Positions 1 through 9,394 of a stretch of 64,000 bases of DNA are shown in pieces; within the stretch, counting starts at the first letter, position 1; the number at the start of each line of letters is the position of its first letter. Position numbers and translations under genes: made by a program. The notes below the pieces were generated by a model. It saw only the letters and a list, made by a program, of their open reading frames with translations, was not told the origin of the DNA and did no database searches. Origin of the DNA: Nanobdellota archaeon (GTDB lineage Archaea; Nanobdellota; Nanobdellia; Pacearchaeales; GW2011-AR1); contig DUKY01000011.1 in assembly GCA_013329055.1 (NCBI GenBank), positions 16,096-80,095 on the forward strand, written 5' to 3'.

Positions 1-5
1 TTACT

Positions 6-830
6 ATGTTTGAACCATTTAGTTCTGAACCGGAAAGGATAAATGAATATCTTAAATGGCAGGAAATTTTTAATTTTGAAGGCGGGGAATTTTATCAAAA
101 TAATCCTATTCTTCAAGAACATATGTCAGATAAACCTTTGAATATGAGGAATTTTCTTTTATATCATGGGGATTATGCCAGAGCTAATAAAGTTTTAACT
201 AAATTTGGGGTTAAAGCTCTTGACAAAATTCCAGATAGGTATACTATTTCTGGAAATAAAATTACATTTAATTATGTTACTCCTTTTTTTGAAGTAAGAG
301 TTAATCCAAATTTATATGTTCAAACAATTTATGAAATTTATCAGATTCAATTTTTTCCGGATGTGATTAAAAAATTAATTATTAAAGGTAATGGTCGAGG
401 AATATTTTATAATGGAAAACCTACTGATTTAGCAGAGTTTGCTGAATTTAGAGGTAAAAAAACAAATTATGAGCCTTATTATCCTTTTGATGACTGTTGG
501 GGGATTTGTGATTTTGGATCAAAAACTTTTGTTGCACAACCTCATAATAATATTGGATTTCATGAATTTGCACATTTATCGGATTATTTTGTTGGAAAAG
601 TATTATTCGGTGATTTCCTTTCTGAAAATTCTTTAGTAAAATCTGATTTTAATAAGCTTCAGGGTGGCAAGTTTTTTGGGGAATTTTGTGAAACTTCATG
701 TGAATTTTTGGCTCGTTTTATGGAGAAATATTTTAGCAGAGATTTTGAAAAAAAGATTTTATATAATCAATTTTCGCATACTACTAAATTTTTAGATGAT
801 GTTTTAGATTCGTTAGTGAAGAAATATTAA
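6..830 (+). CDS. hypothetical protein with a single HExxH motif (possible metallopeptidase-like)
   Basis: 274-aa ORF containing GFHEFAHLSDY (HExxH). No other family signature recognised. Confidence 0.35.
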   Translation: MFEPFSSEPERINEYLKWQEIFNFEGGEFYQNNPILQEHMSDKPLNMRNFLLYHGDYARANKVLTKFGVKALDKIPDRYTISGNKITFNYVTPFFEVRVNPNLYVQTIYEIYQIQFFPDVIKKLIIKGNGRGIFYNGKPTDLAEFAEFRGKKTNYEPYYPFDDCWGICDFGSKTFVAQPHNNIGFHEFAHLSDYFVGKVLFGDFLSENSLVKSDFNKLQGGKFFGEFCETSCEFLARFMEKYFSRDFEKKILYNQFSHTTKFLDDVLDSLVKKY

Positions 831-867
831 AAAAATTAGATTTAAAAATGATAAATCTCATACTAAG
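803..867. repeat. 65-bp direct repeat, copy 1 (3' end of ORF 6-830 plus intergenic leader)
   Basis: Identical by eye to 1223-1287 (offset 420 bp). Confidence 0.9.
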
Positions 868-869
868 TT

Positions 870-1187
870 ATGAGCCAAACATATTTTGCAAAATTTCCAA
901 AAAAAAGAATTAGTCCTGAAGCTTTTTCTAAAGGTAAATCTCTTGCGTTTAAATTAGATGAAATGATTATTAGCCAAATTGCTAAAAACGGTTCTATTGA
1001 TGAGGAATTAGGACATAATTATTATGGTGTTGGAGTAGCAAGAGTAGATAATGGTTTAGTTGATATTCCTGAAAATTATAAAAATGATATTTATCTAGAA
1101 GTTATGTTTGGTAAAGAAAAACCGGATTATTTAGAGATTCCTAATGAACTTGAGGGGATATTAATTTTTGAAAAAAAATCGTTTTAA
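870..1187 (+). CDS. small hypothetical protein, paralog A
   Basis: 105-aa ORF. The N-terminus M-x-x-T-[YF]-x-x-x-FPKK and overall pattern are shared with ORF 1290-1628. Confidence 0.5.
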   Translation: MSQTYFAKFPKKRISPEAFSKGKSLAFKLDEMIISQIAKNGSIDEELGHNYYGVGVARVDNGLVDIPENYKNDIYLEVMFGKEKPDYLEIPNELEGILIFEKKSF

Positions 1188-1231
1188 TTTCTTTTTTTAT
1201 CTAATAATTCACTTGTTGAATCTTTAGATTC
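1184..1231 (-). repeat. relic copy of the 3' end of the SNF2 helicase gene
   Basis: About 47 nt nearly identical to 1631-1677, the last codons of the helicase. The relic would read ...STSELLDKKRN* versus the genuine ...STSELLDEKRN*. Confidence 0.8.
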
Positions 1232-1287
1232 GTTAGTGAAGAAATATTAAAAAAATTAGATTTAAAAATGATAAATCTCATACTAAG
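1223..1287. repeat. 65-bp direct repeat, copy 2
   Basis: Identical to 803-867. Here it is not attached to a full ORF. Confidence 0.9.
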
Positions 1288-1289
1288 AT

Positions 1290-1628
1290 ATGGCTGAAAC
1301 ATTTATTTGTGGATTTCCTAAGAAAAAACTTAATGCAGAAGAAAATGAAAAAAGAGAAATGGATTTTAGGCAAGCTAAAAATCTTTCAACAAAACTATAT
1401 AAAATGATTGATTATCAAGTTGGAGATAATAGAGGATTTCTTGTTGGTGTTATTACAAGAAGAGTAAACCCAGAAAAAAATCAAATTCCTAAAGGTTATA
1501 ATCAGAATGTTTATCTCACCGTTTTGCATACAACTGAATTTAAACAGTACAGAGATTTAATTATTCCTAAAAAATATAATGATTTATTAGTTCTTAGAGA
1601 AGAATCGGATCCTTGCACATTTGGTTAA
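1290..1628 (+). CDS. small hypothetical protein, paralog B
   Basis: 112-aa ORF, a diverged homolog of 870-1187, preceded by the same leader sequence. Confidence 0.5.
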   Translation: MAETFICGFPKKKLNAEENEKREMDFRQAKNLSTKLYKMIDYQVGDNRGFLVGVITRRVNPEKNQIPKGYNQNVYLTVLHTTEFKQYRDLIIPKKYNDLLVLREESDPCTFG

Positions 1629-1630
1629 TT

Positions 1631-3418
1631 TTAATTTCTTTTTTCATCTAATAATTCACTTGTTGAATTTTTAGATTCTTCATAATGACTTATTCCTTCC
1701 TGAATTACTTTTGTAATTTCTTTAATATCCCTTGCAAAAATATCCAAATTATTTTTGGAGTCAATGAATGAATTTAATAAATATTCTTCAATTTTTGTTG
1801 CTCCTGTTTTTCCTTGCGAATCTAAACCTAAATTAAATAATATAATTGGTAATTCTCCAATTACTAATCCTACGCAACACATTTTATTTATAATTAAATC
1901 AACTACATATTCTTCCATTGTGTCTTTTGTCGCAAGGCTGTAAATATTCATGTCTTTTTCCTGACCGATTCTGTCTAATCTTCCGATTCTTTGTTCAACT
2001 GACATTGGATTCCATGGCAAGTCATAGTTAATCAATGTATAACAAAATTGCAAGTTAAGTCCTTCGGCTCCTGTGTCTGTACTTATTAAAATTTGAGAAT
2101 TTTCTTTAAATTCTTTAATCTTTTCAGATTTTTCTTCACGAGTTAATCCTCCCATAAATTCTGTAATTTTAATATTCTTAGGGATTTTTTCTATCATATA
2201 TTTTAATGTTATCGGATGTTTTGTATAAATTAGTATTTTTGCTTTTGGGTCTTCTTTTAATGTTTTGTCAATAATTTCTATTAATTTTTCCATCTTGGAA
2301 TCTTTTTTTAATTCTTTATAATCCTGTAAAATTTCGTTTGCAAAGTTTCTTGTTTTTCTATGATATTTTTCATCATTTGCAATTCGTTCTAAACTTTCCA
2401 TTGCTGATTTTGATGAACTTGTTATTTTTGGTAATAAAGCGAAAAGAATTAATCTTGCATTTATTTCTCTTCCGCTGCATGCAAAATATTTTTCTTTTAA
2501 TAAAGAACAAATTTTATTATAAATTTTTTTTTCTTCGTCTGTTTGATTTATAGCAACAATTCTTGGAATTCTTTTTTTATAATTTATTCCTGTTTCATAT
2601 CTTCTTCTTCTTACCATTACTTCATCAAGTTTATTTTTTAGTTCTTTAGGATTTAATGGATATCTTTTATTTCCCTGATTAAGAAATTTTTTTCTAAATT
2701 CTTTTATTGTCCCTAAATGTCCTTTTTTTAATAGATGTAATAAATTGTATAACTCAATTAAATCATTTTGAAAAGGTGTTGCTGTAAGAAGTAAAAATCT
2801 TTTTTTTTGCAGTTTATCGACGAATCTCCATCGAACTGTATTTTTTTCTTTGAGTTTATGGGCTTCATCAACCATTACTAAATCCCATGAAATATTATGA
2901 ATTTCTTTGTATCTGAATTCTTTTGATTCTTTATCATAATTTTTTAATCTGTCCATTGAAGCTATTCCAAATGTGATGTTATCAAGGTCTGATTCATTTT
3001 CAATAATTTTAAAATCCAGTTCAAATTTTTCTTTTAATTCTGCAACCCATTGGTCTACTAATGACGGAGGTGTTAAAATTAAGACTTTTTTTACAAATCC
3101 TCTCATAATACATTCTTTTAAGACCAACCCTGCGGTAATTGTTTTTCCAAGTCCTACTTCGTCGGCTAAAAGTGCTGAGCCATTAAAATCTCTTAGTATG
3201 TTTATTGCTCCGTCAATTTGATATTGTAATTTATACGATAAATTTTTTTTAATTGATTCATAAGAAATTAATTCTGTTATTTGTGAGCCTTCTGAAACTT
3301 TATCTGCTTCTACTCGTAAATCCAGTAAATTTGATGAATCAAATTGTTTATTTTCTAATTTTTCAAATAATGAAAATTCTTCATTAGAAAATGATTCGTT
3401 TATTATAATTTCTACCAT
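1631..3418 (-). CDS. SNF2/RAD54-family helicase
   Basis: Motifs LADEVGLGKT (I), MVDEAHKLK (II, DEAH), LLLTATPFQNDL (III), STDTGAEGLNLQ and QRIGRLDRIGQ (VI). Confidence 0.85.
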   Translation of the reverse strand: MVEIIINESFSNEEFSLFEKLENKQFDSSNLLDLRVEADKVSEGSQITELISYESIKKNLSYKLQYQIDGAINILRDFNGSALLADEVGLGKTITAGLVLKECIMRGFVKKVLILTPPSLVDQWVAELKEKFELDFKIIENESDLDNITFGIASMDRLKNYDKESKEFRYKEIHNISWDLVMVDEAHKLKEKNTVRWRFVDKLQKKRFLLLTATPFQNDLIELYNLLHLLKKGHLGTIKEFRKKFLNQGNKRYPLNPKELKNKLDEVMVRRRRYETGINYKKRIPRIVAINQTDEEKKIYNKICSLLKEKYFACSGREINARLILFALLPKITSSSKSAMESLERIANDEKYHRKTRNFANEILQDYKELKKDSKMEKLIEIIDKTLKEDPKAKILIYTKHPITLKYMIEKIPKNIKITEFMGGLTREEKSEKIKEFKENSQILISTDTGAEGLNLQFCYTLINYDLPWNPMSVEQRIGRLDRIGQEKDMNIYSLATKDTMEEYVVDLIINKMCCVGLVIGELPIILFNLGLDSQGKTGATKIEEYLLNSFIDSKNNLDIFARDIKEITKVIQEGISHYEESKNSTSELLDEKRN

Positions 3419-3522
3419 CTTTTATTAAACCTAAAATTGAAGTTGTTTTTTAAGGATTATGGATGTTTAGAAGAAGAAAACATAAAATAGAATGGGGATG
3501 ATTATTTTTTATGCTTGTGATT

Positions 3523-4971
3523 TTATACTAACTTTTCAAGTTCTTCAAAACCTTCTAAAAGTTCTTTAACTTCTTTCTTGGCTTCTTTTATTATTTCCTT
3601 ACTATTTCGATGAATTACTTCTTCGTGCTTTTCTTTTCTATATTTGTTAATTGATAAATCAAAGTCGTTAGCCTTTATTTCATCAATTGAAACAAAAAAG
3701 GATTTTTTAGAAATATCTTTATTATCTTCCTTTTTTCTTTTTTCAAATCTTTCTAAAATATCTGGTATATCGTTTTCTTTTATCTCGTTTCTCTTATCGT
3801 CTAAACTATAACCGTCCGCTTCCATATCGTAAAACCAAACTTTCTCTGTTGGTTCCCCTTTTGTAAAATAAAGAACTGCTGTGGAAACCCCTGCGTAAGG
3901 TTTGAATATCCCTGAAGGCATAGATATAACAGCATCAAGACGGCACTTTTCTAATAAAAGTTTTTTTATGGATTTATGTGCATTAGAGTTACCGAATAAA
4001 ACACCTTCTGGAACAATTACAATGCATCTTCCTCCCACGGAAAGAGAATTATACATAAGTTCTAAGAAAAGTAATTCTGTTTTACTTGTGCTTATAGTTA
4101 GTTCATCTGATTTCTCACTTTCATTTATGGATCCTTTAAATGGTGGATTTGCTAAGATTAAATCATAAATTCCATTCTCGTTATATCTTTTTGATAAAGT
4201 ATCTTCTCCAACAATCTTTGGATTAGTTATTCCGTGCATCATTAAGTTCATGACTGCAATTCTAACCATAGTCCTATCGATATCATATCCATATAGAGAT
4301 TCTTCATCAAGAATTTTCTTCTTTTGAGGAGTTAGAGTGCTTACTCCATTCTTTTGATTTGTCCTTAAAATATATTCATAGGCATTAACCAAGAAACCCG
4401 CAGTTCCACAGGCGGGATCTAAGATTCTATCTCCAAATTCAGGTCTTGCTAAATCAACCATCATTCTAATTATATGTCTTGGAGTTCTAAACTGCCCGTT
4501 TTTTCCTGCTGATTGTAGCTCTGATAAAAGATACTCGTATATATCCCCTTGAGTATCCTGATTTTGTTCTTTAATATGTAAATCATTAATTATATTTACT
4601 GCTTCAATCAAAAGAGACGCTGTTGGAAGAGAAAAACTTGCATCTTTCATATATTTAGCATAAGAAGAATTTGCTTCTCCTAAATTTCTCATAAAAGGAA
4701 AGACAACATCTCTGACATGAGCTAAGATTTTATCGGAAGAATATTCACTCCAAACAGACCACCTGCAATTTTCGTGCCCTATAAAAACAGATTTATATTT
4801 GACCCCCTTAAGAACTGCATTTTGTTCATCTAAAATATCTTTATCTTCCATTTTCTTCATGAAAATTAAATAAGATATTTGTTCTATTGCTTGAAGGGGG
4901 TTACTAATTCCTCCACTCCAAAATTTATCCCATAACTTTCTTATCTTTGATTTTAGTTCCGTGTGTAACAT
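3523..4971 (-). CDS. hsdM: type I restriction-modification N6-adenine DNA methyltransferase subunit
   Basis: SAM-binding motif DPACGTAGFL and catalytic motif NPPF (LANPPFKGS). The N-terminal HsdM-like helical region begins LWDKFWSGGISNPLQAIEQISYLIF. Confidence 0.9.
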   Translation of the reverse strand: MLHTELKSKIRKLWDKFWSGGISNPLQAIEQISYLIFMKKMEDKDILDEQNAVLKGVKYKSVFIGHENCRWSVWSEYSSDKILAHVRDVVFPFMRNLGEANSSYAKYMKDASFSLPTASLLIEAVNIINDLHIKEQNQDTQGDIYEYLLSELQSAGKNGQFRTPRHIIRMMVDLARPEFGDRILDPACGTAGFLVNAYEYILRTNQKNGVSTLTPQKKKILDEESLYGYDIDRTMVRIAVMNLMMHGITNPKIVGEDTLSKRYNENGIYDLILANPPFKGSINESEKSDELTISTSKTELLFLELMYNSLSVGGRCIVIVPEGVLFGNSNAHKSIKKLLLEKCRLDAVISMPSGIFKPYAGVSTAVLYFTKGEPTEKVWFYDMEADGYSLDDKRNEIKENDIPDILERFEKRKKEDNKDISKKSFFVSIDEIKANDFDLSINKYRKEKHEEVIHRNSKEIIKEAKKEVKELLEGFEELEKLV

Positions 4972-4974
4972 GTT

Positions 4975-6387
4975 TTATTTAAAAACCTCCCAATGTCCTC
5001 TACCACCAGTTTGAGGACCTATTCTCTTAATTTTTCCTTCTTGCTTCAATATGTCTATATCTCTCTTTATAGTCTTTTCATTGGCTTTTAGTTGAGACGA
5101 TATCTCAGATATTGCAACTTTATTATTACTTTTTATCATTGCAAGAATATCTTCTCTTCGCTTATCGGGGACATTATCGGGGACATTATCGGGGACATTA
5201 TCCCACTTAGTCTTTAGAGGAAACTCTATTTTATAGAAGGTAATCTCATTCTCAACAATAGGCTCAATTTTATAATAAGACTTCCAGCCATTAAACATCT
5301 TATCAAAACCATAGCCTGCATTTTCAGCAAGTTTGAGTATTCTAAATATTTTTATTAGAATAGGATTTCTCGGAAGAGTAAGTTCTTGTTTTCTTAAAAC
5401 CTCGACAGTAGCTGGCAAACTTCCAGGATTCATAAATTCAAGTCTATCTGAGAATACCCTTACTCTGGGCTTCATTGTGCCAAAATAGTCTGAATGTGCT
5501 AGAAGATTTACTAATGCTTCCCTTATTGCCAAAACTTGAGGTTGATTTTCATCTCTAAAAGCTCCTTTTGTTTTAAATGGAATGTCTATTCTTGTCAGAA
5601 GTCTTTCAAAGATACTAAAGAAGTAGTTGTAAAGATTCTTTTGTAATGGCATTCTATAGGTATATCTTTCAGGAGCATCTGAATAAGATGTCCCCCTTAT
5701 TTCTAAATAATCAATCATAAAATCAGAAAATACCTTACCTATTGAATCTTCATTTCCAAACATTAAAAGTCCCGCAATAGTTACTTTGCCATCAATTGTA
5801 ACTCTTAATTTTTCAAATAATTCTGCTTCGGAAAGATCGCCGTAAGGATTAGCAGAATCAAGATTTTTTATGTAATTCCTAAATCTATCTAGTGTTTCTT
5901 TGTCTAAGTCTTTTAATTTAAATTTTGTTGTTTCTTTGTCTTTAGTTCCAAATGCCGAGTCTCTAAATAATGCATTAAGTTCTTCATAAGTCGCTCTTTG
6001 ATCTCCACTACCTGTTCTTATAAAAGTATTTTTGGGATTATCATAAAAAATAGGCTTGCTCTCTGCAACAGGTATATAAAAAGCAAGAACTGTTTTACTA
6101 TCGAAATTATACTTTTTACATTTAACTTCTAATTTCTTATTAAACTTCTGACCATTTCTTAAGACCCCTATAAAATCTTGTTCTACTTTTTCAGGATTTG
6201 AAACTCCAAGGATAGTGTATTCTTTTCCTTCTTTCTTTACTCCAAAGACAAGCCAGCCTCCAGCAGTATTTGAAAAAGCACTTACAGTCTCCCAGCTATT
6301 TTTTGGAACTTCAGATTTTGCTTCTTTAACCTCAAAGTCTTCCCATTCAATATCCTCTAATTTTTTTATTAATTCTTGTTTGTTCAT
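4975..6387 (-). CDS. AlbA_2/Schlafen-like DNA-binding protein with C-terminal winged-HTH
   Basis: N-terminal EWEDFEVKEAKSE...SAFSNTAGGWLVFGV is typical of the AlbA_2 domain. C-terminal DeoR-like HTH (ISEISSQLKANEKTIKRDIDILKQEGKI). Genes of this kind are frequent passengers in type I R-M loci. Confidence 0.65.
   Translation of the reverse strand: MNKQELIKKLEDIEWEDFEVKEAKSEVPKNSWETVSAFSNTAGGWLVFGVKKEGKEYTILGVSNPEKVEQDFIGVLRNGQKFNKKLEVKCKKYNFDSKTVLAFYIPVAESKPIFYDNPKNTFIRTGSGDQRATYEELNALFRDSAFGTKDKETTKFKLKDLDKETLDRFRNYIKNLDSANPYGDLSEAELFEKLRVTIDGKVTIAGLLMFGNEDSIGKVFSDFMIDYLEIRGTSYSDAPERYTYRMPLQKNLYNYFFSIFERLLTRIDIPFKTKGAFRDENQPQVLAIREALVNLLAHSDYFGTMKPRVRVFSDRLEFMNPGSLPATVEVLRKQELTLPRNPILIKIFRILKLAENAGYGFDKMFNGWKSYYKIEPIVENEITFYKIEFPLKTKWDNVPDNVPDNVPDKRREDILAMIKSNNKVAISEISSQLKANEKTIKRDIDILKQEGKIKRIGPQTGGRGHWEVFK
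5163..5202. repeat. 12-nt tandem repeat x3.3 inside a CDS, encoding (DNVP)3
   Basis: tatcggggacat is repeated back to back. It translates to DNVPDNVPDNVPD on the minus strand. Confidence 0.9.
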
Positions 6388-6390
6388 TTT

Positions 6391-6669
6391 TCACTTCTTA
6401 ATTCTTTCAGTTTTATATTTCTTATATTCTCGTAACCTTAATTTATTTATTTTCAGATTTTTTAACTCTTCCCATAATTTTTTATTTATCTTTTTGTAAT
6501 CAATAAAGATTCTCCCTCTTTCACCACCAAATTCACAATAACAATAAGGCATTCCTCCTTGAGAAGCTTCTTCTAATTGTTTACTATAAGTTGATAGCTC
6601 TCCACATGACGGACAGATGTAATATTTTTCTTTGAAATTCTTTGAAAGGTTTTTTGCTTTTTTATTCAT
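6391..6669 (-). CDS. small hypothetical protein, possible zinc-ribbon
   Basis: 92-aa ORF with CPSCG ... CYCEFGG. 4-nt overlap with the upstream ORF. Confidence 0.4.
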   Translation of the reverse strand: MNKKAKNLSKNFKEKYYICPSCGELSTYSKQLEEASQGGMPYCYCEFGGERGRIFIDYKKINKKLWEELKNLKINKLRLREYKKYKTERIKK

Positions 6670-7076
6670 TTTTTTGATCCAATCCTTTTATTTAAACAGA
6701 ATAATCCTTTTTCTCTAACTATTAATTCATTATCATTAACTTTTATTGTTTTATTTGATAAAATATCTTTATACTCTTCTCCCCTATTTTTTAAAAAATA
6801 TTTACATCCCTCTTTTAGAAAATGGGTTGAAATAAAATAAACATTATTCTTTGATTGATCACCAGAGCAAATATAGATTTCCATTCTAAAATCACGATTA
6901 TAATCTTTTAAAAAAATAGTTTCATTATCAATTAATATTCCGGATTCATTGATTAAAAAATTACTGATTCTTTCGGAATCACAAAGAGTATAAGATACCA
7001 CACTAACAGAGATTATGCTTACCCCAATAAAAAACCCAATAATTAGTAAAATTATTTTTTTCATATTATAATTCAC
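6666..7076 (-). CDS. membrane-anchored hypothetical protein
   Basis: 136-aa ORF with an N-terminal hydrophobic helix (KKIILLIIGFFIGVSIISVSVV). Overlaps the hsdS stop. Confidence 0.4.
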   Translation of the reverse strand: MNYNMKKIILLIIGFFIGVSIISVSVVSYTLCDSERISNFLINESGILIDNETIFLKDYNRDFRMEIYICSGDQSKNNVYFISTHFLKEGCKYFLKNRGEEYKDILSNKTIKVNDNELIVREKGLFCLNKRIGSKK

Positions 7077-8235
7077 CCCTAAATGCTTTTTGCATTAGCG
7101 AATCAAATAATTCTTCGGAGCTTTGTTTAGTTTTCTTTTGCTTTTCTTTCATCTTTTCAACTTTCTCGACGATGTTTGCGAATTTTTGTTGGAGGGGAAG
7201 TGGCGGGAGGGGGATTTTAAAATTATCAACAAAATATTTTGGCAATCTTCTAAGCCCCCCAGTTCCAGTTAATTGTTTTTCGCCTAATTTAATAAAAGTT
7301 TCACTGGAAATAACATAGTAAACAAGTTCTGGCAAAATATTTTTTGTTGGACGTAATACGTGATATTCGCTTGAGCCAAACCCAATTCTATTTTTTAAGT
7401 TCTTACATATTCCAGATTTACCATTTTCAAAGCAAGGAGTTACCTTAGCCAATAAAATATCTCCTTCCATAAAGTAAGTATATCCCTTATACACTTCCTT
7501 TATCCTTCGTATTTCTTTGGGTTTAAAATGAATACTGTGTTCTGAAATATCCGCCATTGGAACAAAAGAAACTTCTAAATTATTATCTTCTTTCCCAATT
7601 TCAGATTTTTTAGGATTGATTTCACAAATATCCCCTAGCTTAACTTTTTCAAAATCTTTCTTCAAAAACATCTCATTAAAAATAGCCTTAAGATATTCAT
7701 CAAGTAATTCACTGGCTTTCTTACTTTTTTCTTTCTGCTTTTCTGCTTTTTCTAAAATTGCGACGATTTGTTTTTGTGTTTCGAGGTCTGGTTTTCCTTC
7801 GGGGTTTTCAAGGGTCGGGGGGAGATAAGGGAGGAGGATTTTTTTCTCTTTAAGAAATTTATAATGTCTGCTATATCCTGCCGAAGAAATCTTTAATTTT
7901 TTTAGGGCGTAATAAAAATATTTTTGGGAAATATTTTCTTTTGGAACTAATATTTTAACTCCATCTGCACCAAGAGCAAATGGGAAATTAATAAATTTTA
8001 AAATTCTTGTATGGTCTCCAAAGATAATCACAGGTAATTTTTCATCATAAACTTTTGATTTGTCATTAGTATATCCTGCAATAAATTCTTCTCCTTGATC
8101 AATTATGGGATATTTGCCCTTTTTCAAAAAATCCTTTCCTTGAATTTTAAGATTATTGCTTGAAGCTTCTTTTTCAAGACAATCTAAGAAATTGATGTCT
8201 CTCCATTCAATTTTATTGGTTTGTTGGATTTTCAT
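7066..8235 (-). CDS. hsdS: type I restriction-modification specificity subunit
   Basis: Two target-recognition halves separated by conserved helical spacers (LPPLPLQQKFANIVEKVEKMKEKQKK; EKQKEKSKKASELLDEYLKAIFNEMF). Size and context match HsdS. Confidence 0.85.
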   Translation of the reverse strand: MKIQQTNKIEWRDINFLDCLEKEASSNNLKIQGKDFLKKGKYPIIDQGEEFIAGYTNDKSKVYDEKLPVIIFGDHTRILKFINFPFALGADGVKILVPKENISQKYFYYALKKLKISSAGYSRHYKFLKEKKILLPYLPPTLENPEGKPDLETQKQIVAILEKAEKQKEKSKKASELLDEYLKAIFNEMFLKKDFEKVKLGDICEINPKKSEIGKEDNNLEVSFVPMADISEHSIHFKPKEIRRIKEVYKGYTYFMEGDILLAKVTPCFENGKSGICKNLKNRIGFGSSEYHVLRPTKNILPELVYYVISSETFIKLGEKQLTGTGGLRRLPKYFVDNFKIPLPPLPLQQKFANIVEKVEKMKEKQKKTKQSSEELFDSLMQKAFRGEL

Positions 8236-8701
8236 TTTTTGATAGATGCTTCTTAAATTTTTTTAATTCACTTATAGTCCTTTTAGAAATATAAGGAGTA
8301 AAATTAATTTTCAGATGACCTTGACTAAATTTAGCCCTTAGGGTTACTCCATTATTATGCCCTCCAATCTCAAGATATTTCTTTTTTGTGATTTTGTAAT
8401 AATTTTTAAAATTATTATCTATGAAATAAGATACTAAAACGATTTCAGGGTCTATATCCTTCATGGTATCTTCATTTAGATCAAGCATCTTTGGGTGAGG
8501 GGACCACCATGCCATTTCCAAACCTAATAATTTTACTATAAATTTATTATATAAAAAATAAACTCCGATAAATACAATAAATATTATAATAATGATAAAT
8601 CCCTTTGGCAAAAGAGTTATCATTAAAGCAAATAATATACCAATAAGAAAGAAAAAGAATCCCATAATAGCCGATTTTTGAATACTGTTTAATTTTTTCA
8701 T
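8213..8701 (-). CDS. hypothetical two-TM membrane protein
   Basis: 162-aa ORF with two N-terminal hydrophobic helices. 23-nt overlap with the hsdS start. Confidence 0.4.
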   Translation of the reverse strand: MKKLNSIQKSAIMGFFFFLIGILFALMITLLPKGFIIIIIFIVFIGVYFLYNKFIVKLLGLEMAWWSPHPKMLDLNEDTMKDIDPEIVLVSYFIDNNFKNYYKITKKKYLEIGGHNNGVTLRAKFSQGHLKINFTPYISKRTISELKKFKKHLSKNENPTNQ

Positions 8702-8847
8702 TTTCTTTTTTTAGCATAAAAACTTACTTTTACTTTTTGAGTTTTTCGAACTTTAAAACAAACTTTTCTTCCATCTTTTGTTTTAAAACAAATATTTTTC
8801 TTTATTGGTTTTTTAGCCATAAAACTAACTCTTTTTCTTTGTGCCAT
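8698..8847 (-). CDS. possible 49-aa very basic peptide (below the ORF-track cut-off)
   Basis: Hand translation: MAQRKRVSFMAKKPIKKNICFKTKDGRKVCFKVRKTQKVKVSFYAKKRK. Its ATG abuts the TAA of the upstream ORF, and its TGA overlaps the ATG of the downstream ORF (ATGA). Confidence 0.3.
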   Translation of the reverse strand: MAQRKRVSFMAKKPIKKNICFKTKDGRKVCFKVRKTQKVKVSFYAKKRK

Positions 8848-9390
8848 TTATATCAACCTCTCAATAATTTTAATTGTGATATTCAAAATCATAACAGCAT
8901 CCAATTCACTAACTTCTTTTAAAATTTCATGAACAGAATTATTTCTTTGACTTCTTAGTCCATGAAGGAAATGATAATCTGATTCTTCAATAAGATTTGT
9001 TTTTTTTGCTTCTTCAATTAAGTTGTAAAAATTCTTTTTATTTACTTTTTCTTTTGTTAAAGCTTCAGCAAATAAGTTAGCTAGACTATTCTCAAATCTT
9101 TCTTTTAATATATTTTCTATTAAAGCAGATGCAACAACCACAGAACTTCTAAATAATCCGTAAGAATAGGCCCTATATGATTCAACAAACGCAGAATAAT
9201 ATTCTGGTTTTTTTCCTAATTTAGAAATAAAATCCTGTGTTAAAGGAACTCTCTGAGCTTTGCTATTAATCTGCGACTGAAATGCTTTATAATTTTCTAA
9301 TGCTTGTTTATCCGCAGGATTTGGTGCAGAAATTGCTGCTCCGACAAATCCTCCAAGAATCATTGCTAAAAGTTTATCATTTTGTGTCAT
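8848..9390 (-). CDS. hypothetical protein with C-terminal Rx4H motif (HEPN/DUF4145-like)
   Basis: 180-aa ORF. The C-terminal LHGLRSQRNNSVHE contains R-NNSV-H. The N-terminus is hydrophobic and Gly-rich. Confidence 0.35.
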   Translation of the reverse strand: MTQNDKLLAMILGGFVGAAISAPNPADKQALENYKAFQSQINSKAQRVPLTQDFISKLGKKPEYYSAFVESYRAYSYGLFRSSVVVASALIENILKERFENSLANLFAEALTKEKVNKKNFYNLIEEAKKTNLIEESDYHFLHGLRSQRNNSVHEILKEVSELDAVMILNITIKIIERLI

Positions 9391-9394
9391 TTTT

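Noticed and set aside
1631-4971. SNF2 helicase plus adenine methylase as a DISARM- or BREX-like system
   Set aside because: The hallmark partners (DrmA/B/C, PglZ, BrxC/L and others) are absent. The methylase has a matching HsdS and HsdR in the island, so type I R-M is the simpler reading. The role of the SNF2 gene remains open.
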